Positions 9,601-16,003 of a DNA stretch of 32,000 nt are shown in pieces. Under the pieces are notes generated by a model that made no database searches, was not told the origin of the DNA, and saw only the letters and a list, made by a program, of their open reading frames with translations. Positions within the stretch are counted from its first letter, which is position 1, and each line of letters opens with the position of its first letter. Position numbers and translations under genes: made by a program. The DNA comes from Pasteurella multocida (lineage in GTDB: Bacteria > Pseudomonadota > Gammaproteobacteria > Enterobacterales > Pasteurellaceae), in contig NZ_LT906458.1 in the NCBI RefSeq assembly GCF_900187275.1, positions 1,290,001 through 1,322,000 of the forward strand, read 5' to 3'.

Positions 9601-11301
9601 CCGCTTGCTTTCGGTCTCATTGGTATAACCGAAACCAACATTACCGGTTGGGGTAGCAATTGTTGCACTAGAAAGTGCAACGCCAGCGGAAAGATTATAG
9701 TCAACTCCATGCGTCACTTTTTGTAACGTATCTTGTTTGGATACCACATTCGTTTTTCCTTTAACGTGGAGATCGAGCTTATCTGCATCAATATTCGAAC
9801 TGACAACATTAAAATCGCGACCTGCTTCAACTTTCATGTTGCGTGCTTTTAAGAAACTGTTATTTTGAGCCGTTTCACGTTCTGACGTATAGCTTTCATT
9901 TCCTTCAAGTGATGTGCTAACACCGGCAGTACAGGCGCCACTCATCATACTGCAACCTGCGTTCACACCATGAGAAAGTTTCTGTCTTGATACTGTTTCT
10001 GTGGTTTCTCGTGTTTTTTCACCAGACAGCACATTCACATCTTCTTTTGCTCTTAAGGTCAAATTAGCTTGTTCATCACTTTGTACATTTTTAAGGTTCA
10101 CACTACCACTGCGTGCTGACAGTGTGACATTGCCACCAATCTTAGTAACAATATCCCCCGTTTCTGTCGTTCGTTTTGTCTCATGTGTTCTTTCAACAGA
10201 CAATTTAGCTGAACTCCCCGCTAAATCCCCCGTCACAATATTTAAGACATCACTAGCATGTTGTAATGCTACTGTACCGTCTTGTTTAGTCCCATTTTGT
10301 GCATCTCTATATTCTTTCACTAAATGGCTCACCATATCGGCAACCGCAGAATGAGCCTCCGCTTCAGGTCCAACTTTAAAAGTCGTCCGTTCAGACTCAT
10401 GATCATATTGGTCTTTTTGTTTGCTCGACTTAATTTCTTTCGCAGACAATTCAAATCGATTGTTTTCAGGTGCTTTTTTCGCTTGCTCTGCAAAATCATC
10501 AAAATACGCTTTTGATTTTTCTGACATGAGATCCGCGATTTCAGCCTCTGATAATTCTTTTATTTCTGGGGCTTTATTTTCCTTATCCTTATTGGCATTT
10601 GATTGAGCTTGAGCCACATCCTGTGCAGATTGCTCGGTCTTCTCTGGCTTGCTAGCCGCTATCTCTTTCTGTGCTTTGCTTTGTGCATCTTCTGGTAGTT
10701 TAGTATTAATATCTACTCCACCAATATCGGCATAACCAAGCACATGTAATTTCCCATGTTTGACTTGTAATTCACTATTGGTGTGAGTGAGCAGTGTTTC
10801 TTTGTCTTTGGTATGGGTGAATGACATTCCTGCCTCTGCCCCAACTCCAGTATGGTTTGTCGGAACACCAACAGAGGCATTGCCACCATCTTGGCTGTTA
10901 TAGTCATAACGAACTGAGGTGCCACCACCACTCGCGTGTGCTGAAGCAAATAGCTGTGAACTATATTCTTCTTTTTCGACATGTTTAATATTCTTGCCCG
11001 CTTCAGTATTAAAGTTCCCTTTCACAACACCAGTGGTATACTTAGCCTTAATTTTACTCCCCGCTTGGTTCACATCTCTGTCTACCGCAAGATGTAAGTG
11101 CCCTACTTCGAAGATTGATCCCTCTGAAGTTGCCTCACTAGTATGCTCTGAATAACTGGATGGAGACGACACGCCTAAAAGTGGGACTTTAAGCCCTGCC
11201 ACATCAAGTTCTGCAACTTGTAGTGCACTCGGCGAGAATTTCTCACGGTAGGCATGTTTAGTATTGTATGTATTTTTGAGATTCACATCACCAGTCTTCA
11301 C
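3691..11301 (-). CDS. TpsA fragment C (2536 aa from GTG 11301; frame open upstream to 11508): beta-helix shaft, Tyr-motif linker, YopT-like protease and ~940-aa C-terminal extension
   Basis: FHA-type repeat region (GVNAGCSMMSGACTAGVS..., PTGNVGFGYTNETE..., GLSVGISERG...). The remaining modules are annotated separately below. Confidence 0.9.
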   Translation of the reverse strand: MKTGDVNLKNTYNTKHAYREKFSPSALQVAELDVAGLKVPLLGVSSPSSYSEHTSEATSEGSIFEVGHLHLAVDRDVNQAGSKIKAKYTTGVVKGNFNTEAGKNIKHVEKEEYSSQLFASAHASGGGTSVRYDYNSQDGGNASVGVPTNHTGVGAEAGMSFTHTKDKETLLTHTNSELQVKHGKLHVLGYADIGGVDINTKLPEDAQSKAQKEIAASKPEKTEQSAQDVAQAQSNANKDKENKAPEIKELSEAEIADLMSEKSKAYFDDFAEQAKKAPENNRFELSAKEIKSSKQKDQYDHESERTTFKVGPEAEAHSAVADMVSHLVKEYRDAQNGTKQDGTVALQHASDVLNIVTGDLAGSSAKLSVERTHETKRTTETGDIVTKIGGNVTLSARSGSVNLKNVQSDEQANLTLRAKEDVNVLSGEKTRETTETVSRQKLSHGVNAGCSMMSGACTAGVSTSLEGNESYTSERETAQNNSFLKARNMKVEAGRDFNVVSSNIDADKLDLHVKGKTNVVSKQDTLQKVTHGVDYNLSAGVALSSATIATPTGNVGFGYTNETESKRTVNQQAGIKANKITGQTHDLNLEGGYLVSNDKDNQLKVTGDVTTKALHDQHDKDGGTFGLSVGISERGTTAFNVRGGRAEQKHYNATQKSTLSGVDTSQANVSGQVNTDLTKAKAVTRDDTYASTQFSFEVADIVELGQRAKNKLSAPNNDTDMASGSTLRSRSTTEEADVPTTRSRVTDEADSVSVKNPIYESADAVVPTPRSRNVDSTDLVDNPLYASATTKANIHDYEEIPAVYSKVGDNNADLVRHKTATSDEHLYAEINEPTYSRVGDKNADMRRHNAAGTTDYADVVQAHTRKADDPLPALPNQGKARTVNDGSEHIYTDISDVGTQTKAIDSTYATVGMPKANAVDSTYATVETPKVKAVETTYATVDMPRAKAVESEYATVAEPKHRKVRNVTDELPALPNESKVRTVNDGSEHIYADIRDVGIQTKAIDSTYATVGVPKANAVDSTYATVEAPKVKTVETTYATVDMPRAKAVESEYATVTEPRSRKVRRATDELPALPNQDKARMVSDVAENLYAEISDVSNKAKRSLPAIPDNQTKIVESETDSDYATIGSGPVARHTEDVDVVTHIQPRAKRQVNELAYESIPFDDLAVQNLGSISTRRAEVLKSTVAEEVTPTLSKHSATLSKDIEINNKVNIAVNSDAEVSSRIPVTEDIYATINKSPEARAKANAKADEALVKYPIVKAEVEDDIPPTLPIRPELKDAASMNKRFKAKNGDVKSSETEGTTVSQKIKSFFSGSNSAKQTEKIVIKDNAQDTVEANKTKPVSERVQQKELVEQSRGVLKKAQDQFQPLKVKHKIDAVRASVEEYGGEVSFKYAQSKGEVYKEIVKHIETQNGVCESTCAHWIVNKVTSQSEDFWNTMYEGGKKGHLKQETIDSIKKLQTEFMNSGSATQQFKLTDSWLQEQGVVPKEKKVGSASRRDEVAGTVSKSDISALTKAILDTGSDISGVKKISINLEGGSHTVSAAVQGQKVVFFDPNFGEMTFPSHQKFETWLKEAFWNKSGYAGKNDGKRFFNVVNYELPANAEKKSGSAKFATEANDVNFNRKVSSAFEANDNIQIKRDDARGENYVTKNNVVTAITNTDYIPKPVTDVDAQFEKVRKKAKSTDRTKEAEKKLALIAKEAKNLPKAHLLNATDELLNGPSAENVVALIKQSQKEGKPFVKGSSIDSFEGENAKNAGKIFKNIQFDESYVETRKQINDKLVEKLEVNKEFHDLMNSKLSGNEAGIRKLFEIVESAKRESLQEVTGISGKKATLALDIESSPLSTTQGYYVDDKVHLNTKPILSFLKNKKQNNKEILDTIVHELTHHDQMQIAKNKNGNISDAIKLDAKLLDLNKDHYIDSEQSFSAYKKQPLEREAYSSGQELSDKLSKLVERGYMGGKVQNIQTIEHLPNKLNNLESPRAAQSELGDNALIYGLKYGRKELIAAANAADAEGKNAILADSYVGKLNLGFEFGQLSAFAKQVKAGKVSEQDIQELASFNDATLKNARKDDSKHRINDANVEDNQRIIRELIQNEIAVDALKRIATLSDQEQEMYNALRKNEKFDMEELNESASYSAEENAAIRAYKETQTALNEARVDFFTEKTKFIAKETLERGGQLYFALDGMATDTPTFRENTKIDLNRLKEVFDPSNPFYDSVTSRELRFLYENYKDHPNLKFTIKNQVIENPLKTLEIPTAENIALSAENTPVYNKKLLPNVFKQFKRKEKSEGPKIEHLGSSPDKDSFYFPLDKIVTKDRGISKDMKVNLENIKKAFNPKDKHYNSAEAKSLRALYEQDPTMSSTRFVIGNQVIENPFKSQDLQDYIQKYHVTAPAVVKKAKPLPTLPTKATVSKESVGQQSPLAVDKKRVQSPNLKVKAEQMADPNAIYAQVNKKKTKSVDTVEGFYPESQLKTRSDKIVEQTSQTPTTEPVYADLQFPVTGKTQRVISSQQETIYEEVGKKPQEEPIYQNVIRKSVNNK
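3712..3981 (-). other. C-terminal tail with four further Tyr motifs, preceded by KPLPTLPTK
   Basis: DPNAIYAQVNKKKTKS, TEPVYADL, ETIYEEV and EPIYQNV lie in the last ~95 residues. Confidence 0.8.
4162..4824 (-). repeat. Internally duplicated ~75-80-aa protein module of unknown function (two copies, ~125 aa apart)
   Basis: LYFALDGMATDTPTFRENTKIDLNRLKEVFDPSNPFYDSVTSRELRFLYENYKDHPNLKFTIKNQVIENPLK aligns with FYFPLDKIVTKDRGISKDMKVNLENIKKAFNPKDKHYNSAEAKSLRALYEQDPTMSSTRFVIGNQVIENPFK. Confidence 0.7.
5452..5829 (-). other. Putative zincin-like metallopeptidase module (HExxH)
   Basis: ATLALDIESSPLSTTQGYYVDDKVHLNTKPI...ILDTIVHELTHHDQMQ (HELTH codons at 5650-5664), with a downstream acidic motif QPLEREAYSSG as a possible third ligand. 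HELxHxxQ resembles the DUF4157/toxin-zincin signature as I remember it. I could not run a profile search. Confidence 0.4.
6511..7281 (-). other. YopT-like (peptidase family C58) cysteine protease domain
   Basis: Candidate triad: Cys in GVCESTCAHW (codon at 7057-7059), His in EGGSHTVS (6688-6690), Asp in VFFDPNFG (6643-6645). The C-to-H spacing is 123 and H-to-D is 15, close to YopT C139/H258/D274 as I remember it. LspA and PfhB proteins are known members of the YopT family. Confidence 0.8.
7597..9039 (-). other. Low-complexity linker carrying ~19 Yxx[VI] motifs, 2 NPxY motifs and proline-rich SH3-ligand-like motifs
   Basis: Residues ~755-1235 of fragment C contain NPIYES, NPLYAS, DYEEI, VYSKV, LYAEI, TYSRV, DYADV, HIYTDI/HIYADI, 4+4 x [ST][TE]YATV, LYAEI, DYATI, AYESI and IYATI, plus PLPALPNQ x3 and RSLPAIP. 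Confidence 0.8.
8011..8700 (-). repeat. In-frame tandem repeat, 300-bp (100-aa) unit, ~2.3 copies, with a nested 45-bp (15-aa) x4 sub-repeat
   Basis: Units 8401-8700 and 8101-8400 align base for base with ~40 mismatches by hand (~87% overall, ~95% in the central 200 bp). A partial third unit lies at ~8011-8100. The sub-repeat is A[VI][DE][ST][TE]YATVxxP[KR]xx. Confidence 0.9.
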
Positions 11302-11489
11302 AAAGCTTGTTTTTGCTTTAATATCCGATGCTTGTACATCAATAGTTGAATCCTTATCTGTTTCAAGATGTAAATGACCTTCCGTTTTGATTTCTGAGCG
11401 TTGTGCAGTGACTCCTAATTCATCATTTGCAAATGAACGAGATACGTTTTCAATACCTTTACGCCCGACTAAACGTGTTTCTTGAGTAC

Positions 11490-13010
11490 TTAAAATACTC
11501 CCTTGATTTTATTACTCGCTTCAACATTGAGTTTTCTCCCAGCTAATGTCCCGGTATTCACCACATCTTTGGCTTTAATCTTAGCTTCACCAACTCTGAT
11601 AGTCCCAGTGCCTAAACCTTGTAATTTTTGGGCTTCTACGAGCGTTTCAGAAGCGAAATAAACCTTTGGAACAAACACATCTTTGCCCTTTACCTTCGTT
11701 TTGACATACCAAACGATATCTTGGGTCAAGTTAGCTTGTTGTTCTTTAGTTAATGCCGCACCTAGTTTCAAATCCAACTCCTGCGCTTGTGTTGTGGAAT
11801 TGTCCATCAGCTGTTTAACTAATTCCACATCGCTGAGATTGTATTTTTGGTTAAGGTGGTTATCTACTTTTTTCTCAATCGAGCGAGTAATCACTTGATG
11901 ATCAAAATAGTTATCCCCTAACACATTTACTTTTTGATGACCTTTTGTATTTAAACCAACTTTATTGAAGAAATAATTTGCACCAGCATAGTCATCTTGA
12001 TTGATATATTTCAATTTTGTACGGAAAAGTGGATCAGTTTCCACTTTTGGACGTTCTTCATCAATCGCTTTCAATAAAACATTTTTTGATGCCTCTGCCT
12101 CTCGCTTCGCCATTTCTTCATACGCTTTCTGTTGTTCAATGTCTAATCTTTCTTGTGCAACTTTCTCCTCAGCTTTTTGTTTCTGTTCAGCTTGTTTTTT
12201 CTCCTCGGATAAATGTTTTTCTTCTTGTTGTTTCTTCTCTTCTTCTTGCAGTTGGATCGCAAGTTGTTTTTCTCTCTGGCGAATTTCTTCTACCCGTTGC
12301 ATTTCTTTTGCAATTTCTACTTGCTTAGCAATTTTATCTTGCGCTTGACGTTTTTCCTCTTGCTTACGTTCTTCAACACGTTTTTCTTGTTGTTCTGATT
12401 TTTGTAGAAGTGCTTTTTCTATTCTTGCTTTCTGTTCTGCTTCGTGTTTTTGTTTTCTTTTTTCGAATAACTCCTGCAGTTTCATATCTAATGTACCAGG
12501 CAGATCAAAATACCCCTCTTTTTCTCTCTTTTCTCTATTTTGCCTATCTCTCTCGCCTAGACGGACTAGATTGGTAGAACGTTTAAAATGATCTTCCCCT
12601 TCTTTTAGTAACGGCTCTTCTCCAAGCTCCTGTAGTAGCTCATTCAAGAGATAACCATTTTCAAAGAATTCATCAGGGTTAAGATAATCAACTGTAGGAT
12701 CAGTACGAGGTGGTTTATTTCCACGATCATCACGACTTATACCCAGCTTATCATCGGGCATCTCTTTCTCATCATTGCCCATACTCCACTTGCTATCGTC
12801 TGTATCAGACTCATCATCATTCATGCTAAGCACGTCATCCGATGAATTAGAATGGCTTTCTTCTATATCCAGATTTTTACGTGGTTCTTCATCTAGATCC
12901 TCAATAGGAGACAACTTTTTCTTTTCTAATTGGATACTATTATCAATAAATAAGTTTGGCATTTCTAAGAGTTCGGCGATCGAGGATAAATCTACCCCGT
13001 CCTCTTCCAA
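11490..13010 (-). CDS. TpsA fragment B (506 codons; the ORF-track 'M' is a TTG Leu codon of the continuous frame)
   Basis: Same frame as fragment A (13040-13010 is divisible by 3). It is colinear with residues ~85-520 of the 1732-aa paralog ORF (GVDLSSIAELLEMPNLFIDNS..., NVLGDNYFDHQVITRSIEKKVDN..., DIVWYVKTKVKGKDVFVPKVY). Confidence 0.85.
   Translation of the reverse strand: MEEDGVDLSSIAELLEMPNLFIDNSIQLEKKKLSPIEDLDEEPRKNLDIEESHSNSSDDVLSMNDDESDTDDSKWSMGNDEKEMPDDKLGISRDDRGNKPPRTDPTVDYLNPDEFFENGYLLNELLQELGEEPLLKEGEDHFKRSTNLVRLGERDRQNREKREKEGYFDLPGTLDMKLQELFEKRKQKHEAEQKARIEKALLQKSEQQEKRVEERKQEEKRQAQDKIAKQVEIAKEMQRVEEIRQREKQLAIQLQEEEKKQQEEKHLSEEKKQAEQKQKAEEKVAQERLDIEQQKAYEEMAKREAEASKNVLLKAIDEERPKVETDPLFRTKLKYINQDDYAGANYFFNKVGLNTKGHQKVNVLGDNYFDHQVITRSIEKKVDNHLNQKYNLSDVELVKQLMDNSTTQAQELDLKLGAALTKEQQANLTQDIVWYVKTKVKGKDVFVPKVYFASETLVEAQKLQGLGTGTIRVGEAKIKAKDVVNTGTLAGRKLNVEASNKIKGVF
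12084..12482 (-). other. E/K/R/Q-rich charged segment (~133 aa), candidate single alpha-helix or coiled coil
   Basis: KLQELFEKRKQKHEAEQKARIEKALLQKSEQQEKRVEERKQEEKRQAQDK...EEKKQQEEKHLSEEKKQAEQKQKAEEKVAQERLDIEQQKAYEEMAKREAEASK. It produces the F/S/L-rich antisense shadow ORFs at 12001-12398. Confidence 0.6.
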
Positions 13011-13040
13011 ACGTTCTTTATCACTAAACTCCGCTTTAAG

Positions 13041-15974
13041 CTATACTGATGGTAGCGATAATTGGTGTTTACCAATTTGGATACTCTCATCAAACTTACC
13101 ACGTTCGGCATATTCACCATTTTGTAGCGTTGTAAGCTTACCTTCTAGTTTTCCCGCTAGGATTTTTGCTTTTTCTGATGGGTAATAAATGAAATCTGTT
13201 GGATTTTCTTTAAAGCTTTTCCATTTGTTTCGCATCTCATCATAGGATTTACTATGCCACTCTGCACCAAACACTTGTGCCATCGCTTTTTGGTACATTG
13301 GTGAATGCTGAATATGAGATAGAAGCTGATAAGCACTAAAATTTTCCGTACTATAGAAACTTGATTTTAAGATTGTTGTTGAGCCAAACAAGGCATCGAG
13401 GAAAGACTCTAAATTGTTAAATTCACGCGATGCATTACCCGATAATGGTGTCCAAATATAACGAGTAAGTGGTTGATAGTACATCGTGATTTTCGCTGGA
13501 TTCTTAAACACGCTTGCTAATGCATTTTGGTTAAACGCTTTCATTTGGTTCACCACTTGATCAGCTTCCGCATTAAATGTTCCTTTGACATTAATTAATC
13601 CATGATTAATTAACTGCGGTTTTGATTCTGATGATGTCGCCTTTATTCCCTTAAAGTCAAAATCACCATCAGAACGGATAGCCCCCATTTTCACAACTTT
13701 AATATCGGTTTTATCTTGTTCTTGCAGATTTAAGTTGAGCTTATAAACATTATTGTGCCAACCATGTACCGCAACACGACTGATATCATAATCACGACTT
13801 GAACCGATAGGCTTATAACTCACATTGCCAGATAAACGCACATCATTAATCAAATTATGAGTATGAACTGTTAATTTTTTACTCGCATAAATATCGCCAA
13901 TATTATAAACAGAACGCTCTGCTTCTAACATCATATTACCGAGTGTATGGAATAAACCGTTTTCTTGGTTAACAATATTTCCCATACCTTCTTCCGTTGA
14001 TTTAGCAGTCAGTTTTAATGATTTTCCAGCACCTAATGTCCCACCAAGATTGTAAATACTGCCACTTTCGGTATTAATTGTCAGTGTTTTACCAGTTGCC
14101 AGTGTTCCTGCACGATTAACAAAGTTTTCTTCCACATTCAACGTTATATTAGCACCCAATTGAATATCTTGATTTTTATCAATTTCAATATTTTGGGCGT
14201 TAATAGTTAACGCATCTTTAGCTCTAATAAAATTATTGCCCTCTGTTAAAAAACTGGTTTTTTCTTTAAAAGTTAATTCTGCACTCCCCGCACTTTCAAT
14301 GAGTCCCTTATTCACAAAACCAGGCTTAAACTGTGCACTAAGGCTTGCGAGCATCGACGGAGATATTGAGAAAAACGGAGAGCCTAAAAAGCGGACACTA
14401 CTTTTTACGCGCATCAGTGGAGACAAATATCTATCTTGAATAATTTCAAGATCTTTTCCTTTCGTCAAAATACTCAATTTCCGTTCAGCATAAATTTCTT
14501 TATCATTAATCAAATTATTAGTGTCAAGCTTAACCTCTCGACCATAAATACGCCCAGCATTAGTTAGAGTTTCTGTTGCCACATCTATCTTTTTAGCGAC
14601 GAGCTTCGCATTTTGCTCAATAGACAGGGCACCCTTTGCTACGATTTTGGCTTGTGTCGTACTCCTAATCTCTGCGTTTTTTCTGATTTTAACTTGTTTC
14701 GCCTCTAACGAAATTTCATCTGATTTCGTTTGACTACCAACAAAAACACGATTAGCGTTTTTCACTTCAATTTTTTTCTTGGCTCGAATATTTCGGTCTT
14801 TTTTTACCACTGTTTGCTGAATCGTATTGCCAAGTTCTAAGTCACCTTCATTCATTTCAATCTGAATATCATTTTCAGACAAAATAATTCCATCATGTTT
14901 TACGCCTGCACCTTTATCTGTCACAATCAACTTAATATTTTTACCATGCATTGCGCCTGTACTAGATCCCGTGATAGCAATAACATCATTAGATACATTT
15001 TCACCGCTCGTTTTTTTCAGCTCATGTTTGCTTAAATCATATTCACTGGAACCCGCAATAAGAGTGACATCTGTTTTTGCTTCTGAATTATCCCCTGATG
15101 TAATTGATTGCTTTTGTTCAATTTTTTTAGCAATAATATCTAAATACTTTAATCCATCTGTCGAAAAACCATCAATATCAATGATCACATTTCCTTTTGT
15201 AACCTTTAACATCATCTGATTCGGATCTATAAGCTCACTCGTAGTGGCAACAAAACGATCTGAATTTATTGTTCTTACACCATTTAAGGTAATACCATTT
15301 TGGTTTGCAATGACGATATCAGCTTTTTTACCTAATACTTCAAGCGCGCCAACAATTTTACTTTCTTGAGGACCTGTCACTTGATTTAATATAACATCAG
15401 CTTCTTTCCCTCCCCTTAAATTTTGATTTTGCGGAATGTAACCAATTAATGTTGATCTTGCCTGCGCTTCAGTCCCATTATTATTAAACACCGCGCTATT
15501 TGGAATATTAAATTTTTCAAAACGGTTATCTGAAATCCCTTTCCCATTTGGTTTAGCAATATCAATAACCAGAACTTTATTTTCTGCTTGATAGATTTTT
15601 GTTTTATCATTACCAGCAAGATTAGATGCATCTAATTTAATATGATCGCTATTATCAATCACTGTTAATTGATTTCTTTCATCCCCTTTTCCCTCAGCCA
15701 AAACAGGAACAGAAATCACAGTTAAAAATAAAATAGAAAGCTGTTTCCAAGTCAATTGCATTGCATACGAAACAGGATTGAACGTGCTTTTTACTAATAA
15801 AGACACGGAGGAAAGTGAATATTGTTCTAGAAGGAAAGGTTCCTCTTCAACTTGTTCTGATGTGGATGTTGAATCAGATGAACCATTGCTAATAGCTGAG
15901 TTAATACATTCTGCCACAGGAACGAGACAACCTTTGACTTGACTAAAAATGAGTTTGTAACGATTTTTGTTCAT
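13041..15974 (-). CDS. TpsA fragment A (977 aa): extended signal peptide, TPS secretion domain and first beta-helix repeats
   Basis: Carries the ESPR-type N-terminus MNKNRYKLIFSQVKGCLVPVAE, a second hydrophobic segment LSILFLTVISVPVLA/EG, and TPS-domain motifs GISDNRFEKFNI, ILNQVTG and IVIANQNGITLNG. It ends at TAG 13041-13043. Confidence 0.9.
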   Translation of the reverse strand: MNKNRYKLIFSQVKGCLVPVAECINSAISNGSSDSTSTSEQVEEEPFLLEQYSLSSVSLLVKSTFNPVSYAMQLTWKQLSILFLTVISVPVLAEGKGDERNQLTVIDNSDHIKLDASNLAGNDKTKIYQAENKVLVIDIAKPNGKGISDNRFEKFNIPNSAVFNNNGTEAQARSTLIGYIPQNQNLRGGKEADVILNQVTGPQESKIVGALEVLGKKADIVIANQNGITLNGVRTINSDRFVATTSELIDPNQMMLKVTKGNVIIDIDGFSTDGLKYLDIIAKKIEQKQSITSGDNSEAKTDVTLIAGSSEYDLSKHELKKTSGENVSNDVIAITGSSTGAMHGKNIKLIVTDKGAGVKHDGIILSENDIQIEMNEGDLELGNTIQQTVVKKDRNIRAKKKIEVKNANRVFVGSQTKSDEISLEAKQVKIRKNAEIRSTTQAKIVAKGALSIEQNAKLVAKKIDVATETLTNAGRIYGREVKLDTNNLINDKEIYAERKLSILTKGKDLEIIQDRYLSPLMRVKSSVRFLGSPFFSISPSMLASLSAQFKPGFVNKGLIESAGSAELTFKEKTSFLTEGNNFIRAKDALTINAQNIEIDKNQDIQLGANITLNVEENFVNRAGTLATGKTLTINTESGSIYNLGGTLGAGKSLKLTAKSTEEGMGNIVNQENGLFHTLGNMMLEAERSVYNIGDIYASKKLTVHTHNLINDVRLSGNVSYKPIGSSRDYDISRVAVHGWHNNVYKLNLNLQEQDKTDIKVVKMGAIRSDGDFDFKGIKATSSESKPQLINHGLINVKGTFNAEADQVVNQMKAFNQNALASVFKNPAKITMYYQPLTRYIWTPLSGNASREFNNLESFLDALFGSTTILKSSFYSTENFSAYQLLSHIQHSPMYQKAMAQVFGAEWHSKSYDEMRNKWKSFKENPTDFIYYPSEKAKILAGKLEGKLTTLQNGEYAERGKFDESIQIGKHQLSLPSV
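14835..15695 (-). other. TPS (haemagglutination-activity) secretion domain of the large TpsA
   Basis: Residues ~94-380 of fragment A contain the conserved FhaB/ShlA-type boxes listed above. The boundaries are approximate. Confidence 0.75.
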
Positions 15975-16003
15975 ATTAAGTTAATCCTTAAACTTAAAAG
16001 AGA

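Larger units (their letters stand above)
3691..15974 (-). pseudogene. pfhB2: Giant TpsA exoprotein (filamentous-haemagglutinin / LspA / PfhB2-like, ~4,090 codons), interrupted by an in-frame TAG (13041-13043) and a 1-nt frameshift (~11504/11505)
   Basis: Three consecutive - strand ORFs (13041..15974, 11490..13010, 3691..11301) are colinear with the single paralog at 18733..26575. I read the junctions base by base (see findings). The symbol rests on remembered synteny with P. multocida Pm70 (lspB-pfhB1-lspB-pfhB2-era) and on size. The lesions could be sequencing errors. Confidence 0.8.

Noticed and set aside
4851-11155. Many 60-136-aa + strand ORFs inside the large TpsA (e.g. 4851..5048, 6023..6322, 8713..9123, 10001..10354, 10919..11155) and - strand out-of-frame ORFs (8766..9026, 9282..9479, 10713..10982)
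   Set aside because: These are shadow ORFs of a long, compositionally biased coding region. They give low-complexity Cys/Phe/Ser/Leu-rich translations with no motifs, and they lie entirely within a strongly supported gene.
11683-13185. + strand ORFs 11683..11898, 12001..12348, 12017..12328, 12213..12398 and 12775..13185
   Set aside because: They are antisense to the E/K-rich and acidic segments of the TpsA. The poly-Phe/Ser/Leu translations are the complement of GAA/AAA-rich codons and are artefacts.
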